Below, piece after piece: positions 9,946 to 18,796 of a stretch of DNA of 64,000 nucleotides (position 1 is the first letter of the stretch; every line of letters starts with the position of its first letter). This DNA is from Planctomycetota bacterium. Its GTDB lineage: Bacteria > Planctomycetota > UBA1135 > UBA2386. A model generated the notes under the pieces. It was not told the DNA's origin, ran no database searches, and worked only from the letters and a program-made list of their open reading frames with translations. The stretch spans positions 6,944,001 through 7,008,000 of the forward strand of contig OZ245838.1 in assembly GCA_965228735.1 (NCBI GenBank), written 5' to 3'. The position numbers were made by a program, and so were the translations under genes.

Positions 9946-10055
9946 CTCAGTTCGCCTCCGGGCGCTCGCAAAGCGGGAGCCGCCGAGCGCAAGAGGCTCT
10001 ACCGTCGCTGCTTGGGTATGCCAGCAAAGCCGAATCCGGGCGTTCGACCCGGGCC

Positions 10056-10092
10056 AAAAGAAACGCCCGACAGGCCGTCGGCCTGCCGGGCG
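10056..10092 (-). terminator. Intrinsic terminator after tRNA-Glu
   Basis: Minus-strand hairpin CGCCCGGCAGGCC-GAC-GGCCTGTCGGGCG followed by TTTCTTTT. Confidence 0.75.
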
Positions 10093-10094
10093 AG

Positions 10095-10170
10095 TGGTAC
10101 CCCCTAGGGGATTTGAACCCCTGTCGCATGGATGAGAACCATGAATCCTAGGCCACTAGACGAAGGGGGC
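10095..10170 (-). tRNA. tRNA-Glu(CTC)
   Basis: GCCCCCTTCGTCTAGTGGCCTAGGA..., anticodon arm CATGG-TT-CTC-AT-CCATG, GGTTCAAATCC, encoded CCA. Confidence 0.95.
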
Positions 10171-10365
10171 CTGTGCTGTCGGGTGAAGACAAGTACGGTG
10201 CGGGCTCGCTCGGGTCAAGTCGGCACCACCGGAATGGCGATCCCGGAATGTTCCCGAAGATCCCGCGTTGGACGGTGTCCGTGCGTATCGCCCGGATCCC
10301 GGATCTGATTCCTTCCTCTCTTCCCCCCGGGGCGCCGCGTGGCGCCCGCCAACCAGAGGACCTCT

Positions 10366-11412
10366 ATGCACTCCATTCTCGCGTCATTCCTCGGTCTCGC
10401 GCTGCTCGTCATGCCCGGCGGCGGCTGGCTCGGCGTCTACCTCGACGCCAGCGACGGCACGGCCAAGATCTCCGAAGTCGTACCCGATTCGCCGGCTCAG
10501 AAGGCCGGTCTGCGTTCCGGTGACGTCATCGTCGCCGTCGGCGACGAGAAGACGGCCACGACCGAAGACCTCATCAAGACGATCGGCGGCAAGGACCCCG
10601 GCGAACGGGTCAAGCTCAAGGTGAAGCGCGGGGACGGCCACACGATGGTCGTCGTCAAGCTCGGCAAGCGCCCGAGCGAGACCGCGGTTGCCGAGAGCGC
10701 GCCGCCGGTGGCGCGTCGCGGTGGTCGCCCGGGCGTCGCGGCCGTGGAGTCGCGCCCCAGCAAGGTGAGCAAGGCGAACAAGGCAAGCAAGGCGAGCAAG
10801 GCAAGCCAGCGGAGCAAGCCGCGCGGGCCGAGCACGATGCAAGAGCCGAGCAAGCCCGACGTGGCGAAGCCGACGGCCGCCCCGGAGCGCCCGAGCGTGT
10901 TCCTCGGCGTGCGCGTCGTCGAAGAGGACGGCCGTCTGCTGATCGACGGCGTGCTCGACGACAGCCCCGCCGCGAAGGCCGGGTTCCGCGAAGGAGACAC
11001 GTTCGCCGCGATCGGCCGTCGGCGCCTGCGCAGCCTGCGCGACCTCGATGCCGCGATCAAGACCCTGCGCGTCGGTCGGCCCGTGCCGGTCGCGCTCATG
11101 AATGGCGACGAACGTCGCAGCGTCGTTCTGAAGCCGGCTGCGGCGCGCGGCGCCGACGCGCCGGCGAAGGAGCACGAGCACGCCGAGGCCCACGACCACG
11201 GCGAAGGCCATGCCGCCCGCGAGCACGGGGAGCACGGCAAGGAGCACGGCGAGCGCGAAGGTCACGGGCGCAGCGAGAAGCACGAGCACGAGGCCGAACT
11301 CGAGCGCGAGATCGAGGCCATGCGGCAGGAGATCCGCAACGTGCGCAAGGAGCTCGAGCAGCTGCGCCGGCAGCTCCGGCGCGAGGGCGGCGGGCGCGGT
11401 CGCAAGGACTGA
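10366..11412 (+). CDS. Secreted tandem-PDZ protein with His/Glu-rich linker and C-terminal coiled coil
   Basis: GAGGA RBS and signal peptide. PDZ motifs WLGV...VVPDSPAQKAGLRSGDVIVAV and FLGV...DSPAAKAGFREGD. No protease domain seen. Confidence 0.85.
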   Translation: MHSILASFLGLALLVMPGGGWLGVYLDASDGTAKISEVVPDSPAQKAGLRSGDVIVAVGDEKTATTEDLIKTIGGKDPGERVKLKVKRGDGHTMVVVKLGKRPSETAVAESAPPVARRGGRPGVAAVESRPSKVSKANKASKASKASQRSKPRGPSTMQEPSKPDVAKPTAAPERPSVFLGVRVVEEDGRLLIDGVLDDSPAAKAGFREGDTFAAIGRRRLRSLRDLDAAIKTLRVGRPVPVALMNGDERRSVVLKPAAARGADAPAKEHEHAEAHDHGEGHAAREHGEHGKEHGEREGHGRSEKHEHEAELEREIEAMRQEIRNVRKELEQLRRQLRREGGGRGRKD

Positions 11413-11430
11413 ATCCAGCTCGCGACCGCA

Positions 11431-11468
11431 GGGCCCGGGCCGCGGTCACCCGACCGCGGCCCGGGTCC
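11431..11468. terminator. GC-rich hairpin after the PDZ gene
   Basis: 17-bp arms GGGCCCGGGCCGCGGTC / GACCGCGGCCCGGGTCC with a 4-nt loop and no U tract. Confidence 0.45.
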
Positions 11469-11582
11469 GGCACGTACGGCCACAAGTCCGGGAATAGACC
11501 GGCGCTTCGGTCGTCCGATCCGGCGCGATTGTGGCGGTCCGCAGTGGACGCGCGCCCGGTCGCGACCGAGGATTTCGTGCCG

Positions 11583-12614
11583 ATGACCCGCCCGCCGTTG
11601 CCCGATCGCCCCGCCGAGCCGCTGCTGCGGCCCGCGGACCGGGGCGGGCTCGTGGTCGTCACCGGGGGCGCGGGTTTCATCGGCTCTCATCTCGTCGACG
11701 AGTTGCTGGCGCGCGGCTTCCGGGTTCGGGTGGTCGACGACCTGTCGACGGGGCGGCGCGACAACCTCACGGCAGCGATCGCGGCCGGCTCCGAGCTCGT
11801 GGTCGGGTCGATCGCCGATCGCGCCACGGCCGAACGCGCGTTGGCCGACGCCGCGATGGTGTTCCATCTCGCCGGCGTCGTCGGAGTGCGGCTGCTCGCC
11901 GAGCAGCCGCTGGCCGTGATGGAGCGCAACCTCGACGGCACGCGGACGCTCCTCGCGGCCGCGGCGCGCGCGGGGGTCCCCGTCCTGTTCACGTCGAGCT
12001 CCGAGGTCTACGGCGACGGACCGGTGCCGTTCTGCGAACGCACCACCGTGCGACCCGGCGTCACCGAGGGCCGGCGCGGCGGCTACGCGTGCGCGAAGGC
12101 GATGAGCGAGTGGCTCGCGTTCGGCCACGGCGAGCAGGCGGATCTGCCCGTCGTCGTCGCACGGCTGTTCAACACCGTCGGGCCGCGGCAGACCGGCGAG
12201 CACGGCATGGTGCTGCCGCGATTCGTGCAGCAGGCGGTCGCGGGCGAGCCGATCACGGTCTACGGCTCGGGCGATCAGACGCGCTGCTTCGCGCATGTCG
12301 GTGAGGTCGCGCGCGCGCTCGCCGATCTCGCCGCGGCGCCGGGCTGTCGCGGGCGCGTGTTCAACGTCGGCGCCGCCGTCGAGACGACGGTGCTCGAACT
12401 CGCCGAACTCGTGCGTCGGGTGGCCGGCAGCAGTTCCGAGATCGCGCGCGTGCCGTTCCATCGCGTGTTCCCGCAGGGCTTCGTCGATCCGCCGCGCCGC
12501 GTGCCGAGTCTCGACCGGCTCGAACGCGCGATCGGCTGGGCGCCGGCGCGGGAACTCGAGTCGATCGTCGCCGAACTCGTCGAACTCGCGCGCCACGCGC
12601 CGTTGCTGGGCTGA
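11583..12614 (+). CDS. NAD-dependent nucleotide-sugar epimerase/dehydratase
   Basis: TGGAGFIGSHL, SSSEVYG, YACAK (YxxxK), RLFNTVGPRQ, GDQTRCF. Confidence 0.92.
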   Translation: MTRPPLPDRPAEPLLRPADRGGLVVVTGGAGFIGSHLVDELLARGFRVRVVDDLSTGRRDNLTAAIAAGSELVVGSIADRATAERALADAAMVFHLAGVVGVRLLAEQPLAVMERNLDGTRTLLAAAARAGVPVLFTSSSEVYGDGPVPFCERTTVRPGVTEGRRGGYACAKAMSEWLAFGHGEQADLPVVVARLFNTVGPRQTGEHGMVLPRFVQQAVAGEPITVYGSGDQTRCFAHVGEVARALADLAAAPGCRGRVFNVGAAVETTVLELAELVRRVAGSSSEIARVPFHRVFPQGFVDPPRRVPSLDRLERAIGWAPARELESIVAELVELARHAPLLG

Positions 12615-12654
12615 GGCCGGACGGCCGCCCGGGGCGGGCAGCGAGTCGGGGCCG

Positions 12655-14040
12655 TCAGACCCCGGCGGGATGCCGCTGCCGGAACGCGGCGAGGTTCTGC
12701 CGCGGGACCGGGTGTTCGGGCAGCAGCACGCAAGCGCGCTCGAACAGCTCGGCCGCGCGTTCGTAGTGGCCCGCCTGCATCTCGCAGATCGCGAGGTTGG
12801 TGTGGGCGAGCGCGTGGTCGTGCTCCATCGCGGTCCGGAACGACTCGGTCGCGGCCTCGAGCTTGCCGTCCGCGAGCAGACACGAACCGAGCCAGTTGTG
12901 CAGTTCGCCGCTTCCGGGATCGAGCGCCAGCGCGTCGCGGAAGCTCTCGGCCGCGGCCGCGGTGCGGCCCTTCCCGTAGAGGTGTTCGCCGATCCGGCAC
13001 AAGGTGTTCGCGAGCGCGTCGGGCGCGAGGGCGCAATGGGTGCTGGCCCATTGCAGCTGCGCGCCGGCGCCAGCCTCGTCACCGCCGGCAAGTCGCGCGA
13101 CGGCGAGTTCGAGCGCGGCGTCGCTGTGGCGCGGGCAGCGGTGCAGCAGGCGCTCCAGGTGTTCGATCGCGCGGACGTGGTCGCCGCACTCATTGTGGAA
13201 CCGACCGAGGTACCAATCGCCGTCCGGCCAGTGGGGCCAAACGCTGCGCGCGTTCGCGCTCGCCGCGGCCGCGCCGGCGTGGTCGCCGCGGATCTGTGCG
13301 AGGACCGCCTGGCCGGCGGGGTCGTGCTCCCACTTGCTCGCGAACTGCGCGAGCCGTTGTTGCAGCTCCGACGCGAGGTCGAGGCCGAGCGCCTTGAACG
13401 TAGCGTGCCCTTCGTGGTGCAGGAACGCGCGCCGCGCGATCACGAGCCGGTGACCGAGCAGTCGCAACCGCAGGCAGAAGTCGTCGTCCTCGAAGTTGCC
13501 GTTGCCGAACCGCTCGTCGAACTCGCCGACCTCGGCCAGCGTCTCGCGCCGCAGCATGAGGCACAACCCGGCGAGCGTGTCGACGTCCTGTACCTCGCAC
13601 GGCTCGTCCGCGAGTGCGTCGCGCACCTCGGCGCGCACGGAGGCTGCGTCCGTGCCGCTCACGGGCAACTGCGCCGGCCCCTTCACGAAGTTGCTCATGG
13701 GTGCGACGGCCCCGATCGCGGCATCGCTGGTCAGCACGCGATGCTGTTCCTGGAGCATGTTCTCGGCGGCCTGCGTGTCGTTGTTGAGCACGAGCACGAA
13801 CGGCAACCGCGCGGCTCGCAACCCGACGTTCACCCCGCCGGCGAACCCCAGGTTCTGCTCCTGGCGCAGCACCCGAATCACCGGCGACATCGCCGCGAGC
13901 TCCGCCGTCCCATCCGAACTCGCGTTGTCGACGAGCAACACCTCGAGCTCCTCGACCCCGCGCTGCTCCAACAGGCTCGCCAAACACGCCCGGGTCAACT
14001 CCACACCGCCATGGCAAGGAATGACCACCGAACAACGCAT
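12655..14040 (-). CDS. GT2 glycosyltransferase with C-terminal TPRs
   Basis: SVVIPCH, VDNASSDGT, NLGFAGGVNVG, LNNDT, GNFEDDDFCLR, then TPR helices. Confidence 0.9.
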   Translation of the reverse strand: MRCSVVIPCHGGVELTRACLASLLEQRGVEELEVLLVDNASSDGTAELAAMSPVIRVLRQEQNLGFAGGVNVGLRAARLPFVLVLNNDTQAAENMLQEQHRVLTSDAAIGAVAPMSNFVKGPAQLPVSGTDAASVRAEVRDALADEPCEVQDVDTLAGLCLMLRRETLAEVGEFDERFGNGNFEDDDFCLRLRLLGHRLVIARRAFLHHEGHATFKALGLDLASELQQRLAQFASKWEHDPAGQAVLAQIRGDHAGAAAASANARSVWPHWPDGDWYLGRFHNECGDHVRAIEHLERLLHRCPRHSDAALELAVARLAGGDEAGAGAQLQWASTHCALAPDALANTLCRIGEHLYGKGRTAAAAESFRDALALDPGSGELHNWLGSCLLADGKLEAATESFRTAMEHDHALAHTNLAICEMQAGHYERAAELFERACVLLPEHPVPRQNLAAFRQRHPAGV

Positions 14041-14115
14041 GTCAGAGGCATCGACACTTCCCGACCGCCAACCCGAAGAAAACCGCACCGGACCAGCCCA
14101 TCGAGCCCACCGGAT

Positions 14116-14288
14116 ACTGATGTCCTGAGTGTGGATTCTCCGGATCGCGCCGCGCGCAAGAGCCGGTCGGTCGCGCTCTTGCAGTGGCGGGTCTCAGTCG
14201 GGACGGACAAGTCTCCGGGATTGCATTGCAGGCAACGAGTTACGGTTGTTCGACCACACGCAAGGCATCAGCTCCGGGTGGGGTTGCG
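14116..14288. repeat. Intergenic inverted-repeat element family B, copy 1 (MITE/REPIN-like)
   Basis: ACTGATGTCCTGAGTGTGGAT at 14116-14136 and CCACACGCAAGGCATCAG at 14254-14271, plus tail CTCCGGGTGGGGTTG. The same ends occur inverted at 28531-28694. Confidence 0.7.
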
Positions 14289-14384
14289 CTGCCGTTCCCC
14301 TGGCCCCCGCGTCCGGCCCCAAAGGCCTCCGAACCCCCTCGCGCGTTCCGCAGCCGGAGCCGTCAGGGAACCGGCCTACGCCGC

Positions 14385-14526
14385 CCTAGGCACCGACCAG
14401 CTGCGCGCAGCGCAAGAGAACCACTCGGTGCCTAGGCAGTCCGCCGTAGCCGCGTGAATCATCGGCCCAGCCACCGACCCGAGGCCGCATAAAAAAAACC
14501 ACTCGGTGCCTAGGCACCGAGTGGTT
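14385..14526. repeat. Cluster of REP-like palindromes
   Basis: Perfect 30-bp palindrome AACCACTCGGTGCCTAGGCACCGAGTGGTT at 14497-14526. Partial copies at 14419-14438 and 14385-14396. Confidence 0.8.
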
Positions 14527-14969
14527 GGGGAAAGGGGTTGGAACCCCCCGTGATCCACGGCGACGGTGAGCGCTCTCGCCTGAAACTCATGCACACTTCG
14601 CTCCGAGAACGCGCGGGCTCGCCTCCCACACGCTCTCTCCGCCACGCGGACCGAGCTGAACCGGATCTCGCCTTCCCAGTTCAGCCCTTCATTGTTTTCA
14701 AACAGCTCTCGTTCTCTGTACTCGTTCGGGCGGCCTCTGACCGAGGCACTCCCGAAGGACGACGGCCTGGTCGCGAAAGGCGTGCCAAACGTCCGCGTTT
14801 GTAGCCGGGGTGCCGTAAGTGGGCCGCTGTGCGCATCGTGTGGTGTTGTTCACGCCCCTGACTTACAGCGGGATCCCATTCCAGAGATCGAGATGGGACG
14901 ATAGCGGGAATTGAGACGAGACGGGAAGCTCGCCGTGGACGCGCGTTTCCTCCGAAACCAGGGGACCTT

Positions 14970-16016
14970 GTGCGTGATCCCGCGCGCCGTATCGTCCTCG
15001 CGGTGTCCCGGCGTGCAGACCCCAGCGATCACGTATTCGTCGTCGAGCCCGATGCGCGCGGGTTGCGGCTGCTGGCGCTCCTGGAGCAGCAATTGCCGCA
15101 GATCCACCGCGCTGAGCTCCGGGCCCATCTCGCCGACGGGAACGTCTCGCTCAACGGTGAAACAGTAGTCAGTGATCGGCGGCTCCGGTCCGGTGATGTC
15201 GTGCTCGCGAGTCCGCTGCCACCCGGGGTTCGGGCGGCGCCCGGGGTCACGGGGGCCGCGTCGCCAGGGGGCCTGACGGCAGCGTCGCTGGCGATCTTGT
15301 TCGAGTCAGAGACCGCGCTGGTCGTCGCCAAGCCCGCCGGGATCCCGACAGTGCCCGATCGCAGTGGTCGCGAACGGGGCGTGCACGGACTGCTGACCGA
15401 CCTGCGCCCGGACGGCGATCTGCGCGTGGCCCACCGGCTCGACCGTCAGACCTCGGGTTGCCTGCTGCTCGCGAAGGGGCTGGACGCCGCGCGCCACTTC
15501 GACGCCGCGTTCCGGGCGGGCACGGTGCAGAAGCACTACCAGGCCCTCGTGCAAGGCGTCGTGCGGGACGGCGAGTTCATGATCGATCGCTGGCTCGGCC
15601 CGGATCCGCGGCGGCCCGGCAAGGTGATCCAGGGGCCGGCCGGGAAGAAGGGCTTTCGCGAGGCCGTGACCGTGGTGCGGCGGGCCCGGATCTTCGCGGC
15701 CCATTCGGTCGTGGATCTCTTTCCGCGGACCGGACGGGGGCACCAGCTGCGGGTCCACCTGAGCTCGCGCGGGCACCCGATCGTCGGCGATCGTGACTAC
15801 GGCGGCCAACCGCTGCTGTTGTCGCAGATCAAACGCGGATACAAACCTCGGCTCGGATTCGACGAGAAGCCGGTGCTCGCGCGCACCTTCCTGCACGCGC
15901 TCGGCCTGTCGTTCCGAGACGTCGACGGCCGCGAGGTGGCCGTCGAGACCCCGCTCCCCGAGGATCTGGCGCAGGCCCTCGGCAAGCTCGAACGCTTCAG
16001 TCCGCCGCGGCCCTGA
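14970..16016 (+). CDS. RluA family pseudouridine synthase with S4-like N-terminus
   Basis: KPAGI, HRLDRQTSG, KHYQALV, TGRGHQLRVHL...GHPIVGD..YG, FLHA. Confidence 0.92.
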   Translation: MRDPARRIVLAVSRRADPSDHVFVVEPDARGLRLLALLEQQLPQIHRAELRAHLADGNVSLNGETVVSDRRLRSGDVVLASPLPPGVRAAPGVTGAASPGGLTAASLAILFESETALVVAKPAGIPTVPDRSGRERGVHGLLTDLRPDGDLRVAHRLDRQTSGCLLLAKGLDAARHFDAAFRAGTVQKHYQALVQGVVRDGEFMIDRWLGPDPRRPGKVIQGPAGKKGFREAVTVVRRARIFAAHSVVDLFPRTGRGHQLRVHLSSRGHPIVGDRDYGGQPLLLSQIKRGYKPRLGFDEKPVLARTFLHALGLSFRDVDGREVAVETPLPEDLAQALGKLERFSPPRP

Positions 16017-16069
16017 GTCCGCGTCGCCTCTCTCAGCGCCACTAGCCCAGGGCAGTCGCCCGCGTCAGC

Positions 16070-17791
16070 ATGCGTCTCAAGACCACTCCCCAAGACTTCC
16101 GCGTCCGCGAACTGCTCGAGTGGCCCGAGGTCAAGGACGGCGACTACGTCGTGCACTCGCTCCACAAGGAGAAGCTGTCGACGGCGGAGGCGCTGTCGAT
16201 GCTCGCGACCCAGTGCAAGGTCGACCGCTCCACGATCGCCTACGCCGGTCTCAAGGATCGGCAGGCCGTGACCGACCAGTTTCTCACGATCGAGCGGCGT
16301 GCCGTCAACCTGTCGCTGCCCAACCTCAAGGTGCAGCCCGTCGGCACGACGGACCGGCCGATCACGAGCAAGATGAGCGCGGGGAACGCCTTCACGATCG
16401 TCGTCCGCGATCTGCGGCCGACGCAGGCGACGCAGGTGCGCCGGTCGCTGCCGAGCCTCGTGAAGGCGGGGTTTCCGAACTACTTCGACGACCAACGCTT
16501 CGGCTGCCTGCGCCACGGCCAGGGATTCGCGATGGAGAGCGTGCTGCACGGCGACTACGAACGCGCGTTGCAGCAGCTGATCGGCGAGCCGTCGCCCGTC
16601 GCGATCACCGGTGACGTCAAGCTCAAGCAGACGATCCGGGCGCGCTGGGGTGACTGGGAGATGCTGTCCAAGGTCGCGCGCGGCCCGGTGTACGAACCCA
16701 TGTTCCTGCACCTCGTGAGCCGCCCCGACGACTTCCGTGGGGCGCTCGAGTTCGTGCCGTTGCGCCAGCGGGTGATCCAGGCGTTCGCGTATCAATCCTT
16801 CCTTTGGAACCGCGCGGTGAGTCAGCTGCTGCACCGCGGCATCGCGTCGGCGCAGCGCCTGCGGATCCATACGCTGGCCGGCGACATCATGGCCTGGAAG
16901 TACCTCGCGCCCGAACGCGAGGAGAAGCTCGTCGCGATGCGCACGCCGCTCTACGGTCCGGACGGGGACGGCGGCAGCACGCCGTTCCGGCGGTCGATGG
17001 AGCGACAGCTCGAGCGGGCGGGGCTGAGGCGCGACAGCTTCTTGCAGAACGAAGTGCCCGGGATGATCTGGCGGGAAGAACAGCGCGACGTGTTCATCAA
17101 GCCGCGCGACGTCAAGGACGTGCGCATCGAGCCCGACGACGAGAACCCGGGCAAGGTGTGCGCGCATCTGGCGTTCGCGTTGCCGCGTGGCGCCTACGCG
17201 ACGATGCTGATCAAGCGGTTGTTCGCGCACAGCTGGTACGACAAGTTCGACGAACGTGGCGGGGGGCGTGGTCCGGGCGGGCCGCGCGGTGGCTACCGCG
17301 ATCGCGACGACCGGCCCCGTGACGATCGGCCGCGTGATGACCGGCGCCGCGATGACCGGCCCCGCGATGACTTCCGTGGCGATCGGCCGCGCTTTGATCG
17401 CCCGCGTGACGACCGTCCGCGACAGGATCGGCCGCGACGCGACCGCTCACGCGACGATCGGCCGCGCCGCGACCGCCCGCGCGACGACCGTCCGCATCGC
17501 GACCGCCACGATGACGCTACGGCGATCGATGGTCCGCCGGCGATCTTCGACGCCCGCGCGGCCAACAACCCCGAGCCGCCGGTCGACGGGCGGGCGCGCG
17601 GAACTGTGGGTGACGGACCGGTGGGTGACGCGGCCCCGACCGAGCGCGACGACGCACCGCCGCCGGCCAGGCCACCGCGCTCGCGGCAGCGGCTCGACGC
17701 TGGCTTCGAAGGCCTCGACGAGTTCGTGCAACGGTCCGACGAGAGCGGCGGTACGACCGACGACTCCGCGCCCGAATCCGACGAATCATGA
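16070..17791 (+). CDS. truD: tRNA pseudouridine(13) synthase TruD with a long low-complexity tail
   Basis: PQDFRVRE, YAGLKDRQAVTDQ, GNAF, FPNYFDDQRFG, AYQSFLWN, FALPRGAYATM. Confidence 0.92.
   Translation: MRLKTTPQDFRVRELLEWPEVKDGDYVVHSLHKEKLSTAEALSMLATQCKVDRSTIAYAGLKDRQAVTDQFLTIERRAVNLSLPNLKVQPVGTTDRPITSKMSAGNAFTIVVRDLRPTQATQVRRSLPSLVKAGFPNYFDDQRFGCLRHGQGFAMESVLHGDYERALQQLIGEPSPVAITGDVKLKQTIRARWGDWEMLSKVARGPVYEPMFLHLVSRPDDFRGALEFVPLRQRVIQAFAYQSFLWNRAVSQLLHRGIASAQRLRIHTLAGDIMAWKYLAPEREEKLVAMRTPLYGPDGDGGSTPFRRSMERQLERAGLRRDSFLQNEVPGMIWREEQRDVFIKPRDVKDVRIEPDDENPGKVCAHLAFALPRGAYATMLIKRLFAHSWYDKFDERGGGRGPGGPRGGYRDRDDRPRDDRPRDDRRRDDRPRDDFRGDRPRFDRPRDDRPRQDRPRRDRSRDDRPRRDRPRDDRPHRDRHDDATAIDGPPAIFDARAANNPEPPVDGRARGTVGDGPVGDAAPTERDDAPPPARPPRSRQRLDAGFEGLDEFVQRSDESGGTTDDSAPESDES
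17299..17513 (+). repeat. Coding 15-bp degenerate tandem repeat (RDDRP)n
   Basis: About 13 pentapeptide units of R-[DRQF]-D-R-P in the TruD tail. Confidence 0.85.
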
Positions 17792-18657
17792 GCGAGAAGA
17801 CCCTGGGAATCATCGGCGGCTCCGGCCTCTACGATCTGCCCGAGCTGGAAGAACGCGAGGAGGTCGTGCTCGACACGCCCTACGGCAGCCCGAGCGATGC
17901 GTTCATCACCGGCCGTTTGTTCGGCGTGAAGATGGCATTCCTGCCGCGGCACGGTCGTGGCCATCGGCTGTCGCCGAGCGAGTTGCCGTTCCGCGCCAAC
18001 CTCTACGGCATGAAGCAGCTCGGCATGGACTGCGTCGTCGGCGTGTCGGCCGTCGGGTCGATGAAGGAGAACATCAAGCCGGGTGAGCTCGTGCTCGTCG
18101 ACCAGTTCATCGATCGCACGCGCGGTCGGACCGAGGAGTCGACGTTCTTCGGCAACGGCTGCGTCGCGCACGCGCACTTCGCCGATCCGATCTGGGAACC
18201 GCTGCGCAAGCGCGCGCTCGGCGCTGCCAAGGCGGCGGGCGCGGTCGCGCACGATGGCGGGACCTACGTCTGCATGGAGGGGCCGCTGTTCAGCACGCGC
18301 GCCGAGAGCAAACTGTATCGCAGCTGGGGCGTCGACGTGATCGGCATGACCAACCTGCAGGAGGCCAAGCTCGCGCGCGAGGCGGAGATCGCCTACTCCA
18401 CGGTCGCGCTCGTCACCGACTACGACTGCTGGCACGAGGGCGAGGCCGACGTCGACGTCGCCGCGGTCATCGCCGTCCTCAAGGCCAACGTCGACATGGC
18501 GCGCCGCGTCGTCGTCGAACTCGCGAAGGCCACCGCCGAGGGCGAGCCGATCTCGGCCGCCGGTGCGATGGAGCACGCGATCATGACCGACAAGAAGCTC
18601 GTCGGCGCCGACGCGCGGCGGCGGCTCGAGATCCTCGCGAGCAAGTATCTCGGCTAG
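17788..18657 (+). CDS. mtnP: S-methyl-5'-thioadenosine phosphorylase
   Basis: GIIGGSGLY, TPYGSPS, FLPRHGRGH, DQFIDRT, MEGPLFSTRAES, IGMT..EAKLAREAE, VTDYDCW. ATGA overlap with truD. Confidence 0.93.
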   Translation: MSEKTLGIIGGSGLYDLPELEEREEVVLDTPYGSPSDAFITGRLFGVKMAFLPRHGRGHRLSPSELPFRANLYGMKQLGMDCVVGVSAVGSMKENIKPGELVLVDQFIDRTRGRTEESTFFGNGCVAHAHFADPIWEPLRKRALGAAKAAGAVAHDGGTYVCMEGPLFSTRAESKLYRSWGVDVIGMTNLQEAKLAREAEIAYSTVALVTDYDCWHEGEADVDVAAVIAVLKANVDMARRVVVELAKATAEGEPISAAGAMEHAIMTDKKLVGADARRRLEILASKYLG

Positions 18658-18658
18658 A

Positions 18659-18781
18659 CCCGCGGCGGTACCGAACCCGTTTCAAATCCGCCACCGAGCC
18701 ACCGGCGCAACTGGCGTTACACTGCGGCGTTTGCGCGGAACTGCCGTGGCGGATTCGAAACGGGTTCGGTACCGCCGCGGG
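18659..18781. repeat. Intergenic inverted-repeat element family A, copy 1
   Basis: 36-bp arms at 18659-18694 and 18746-18781 with one mismatch (CCCGCGGCGGTACCGAACCCGTTTC[A/G]AATCCGCCAC). Related copy at 61453-61567. Confidence 0.85.
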
Positions 18782-18796
18782 CGGTGGGTCATGGCG

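Noticed and set aside
4300..10170. Genomic island integrated at tRNA-Gln or tRNA-Glu
   Set aside because: No integrase and no duplicated tRNA 3' end seen, and the composition matches the flanks.
14385..14526. Possible mini CRISPR array
   Set aside because: Copies are partial and irregularly spaced, and there are no cas genes. A REP-like cluster fits better.
14041..14969. Replication origin in the large intergenic gap
   Set aside because: No DnaA-box cluster or AT-rich unwinding element recognised, and no dnaA/dnaN nearby.
17299..17513. Repeat array resembling CRISPR or a satellite
   Set aside because: In-frame 15-bp coding repeats without spacers.
18659..18781. Integron attC site or tRNA fragment (TTCGAATCC-like core)
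   Set aside because: No RYYYAAC/GTTRRRY ends, no cassette array and no cloverleaf.
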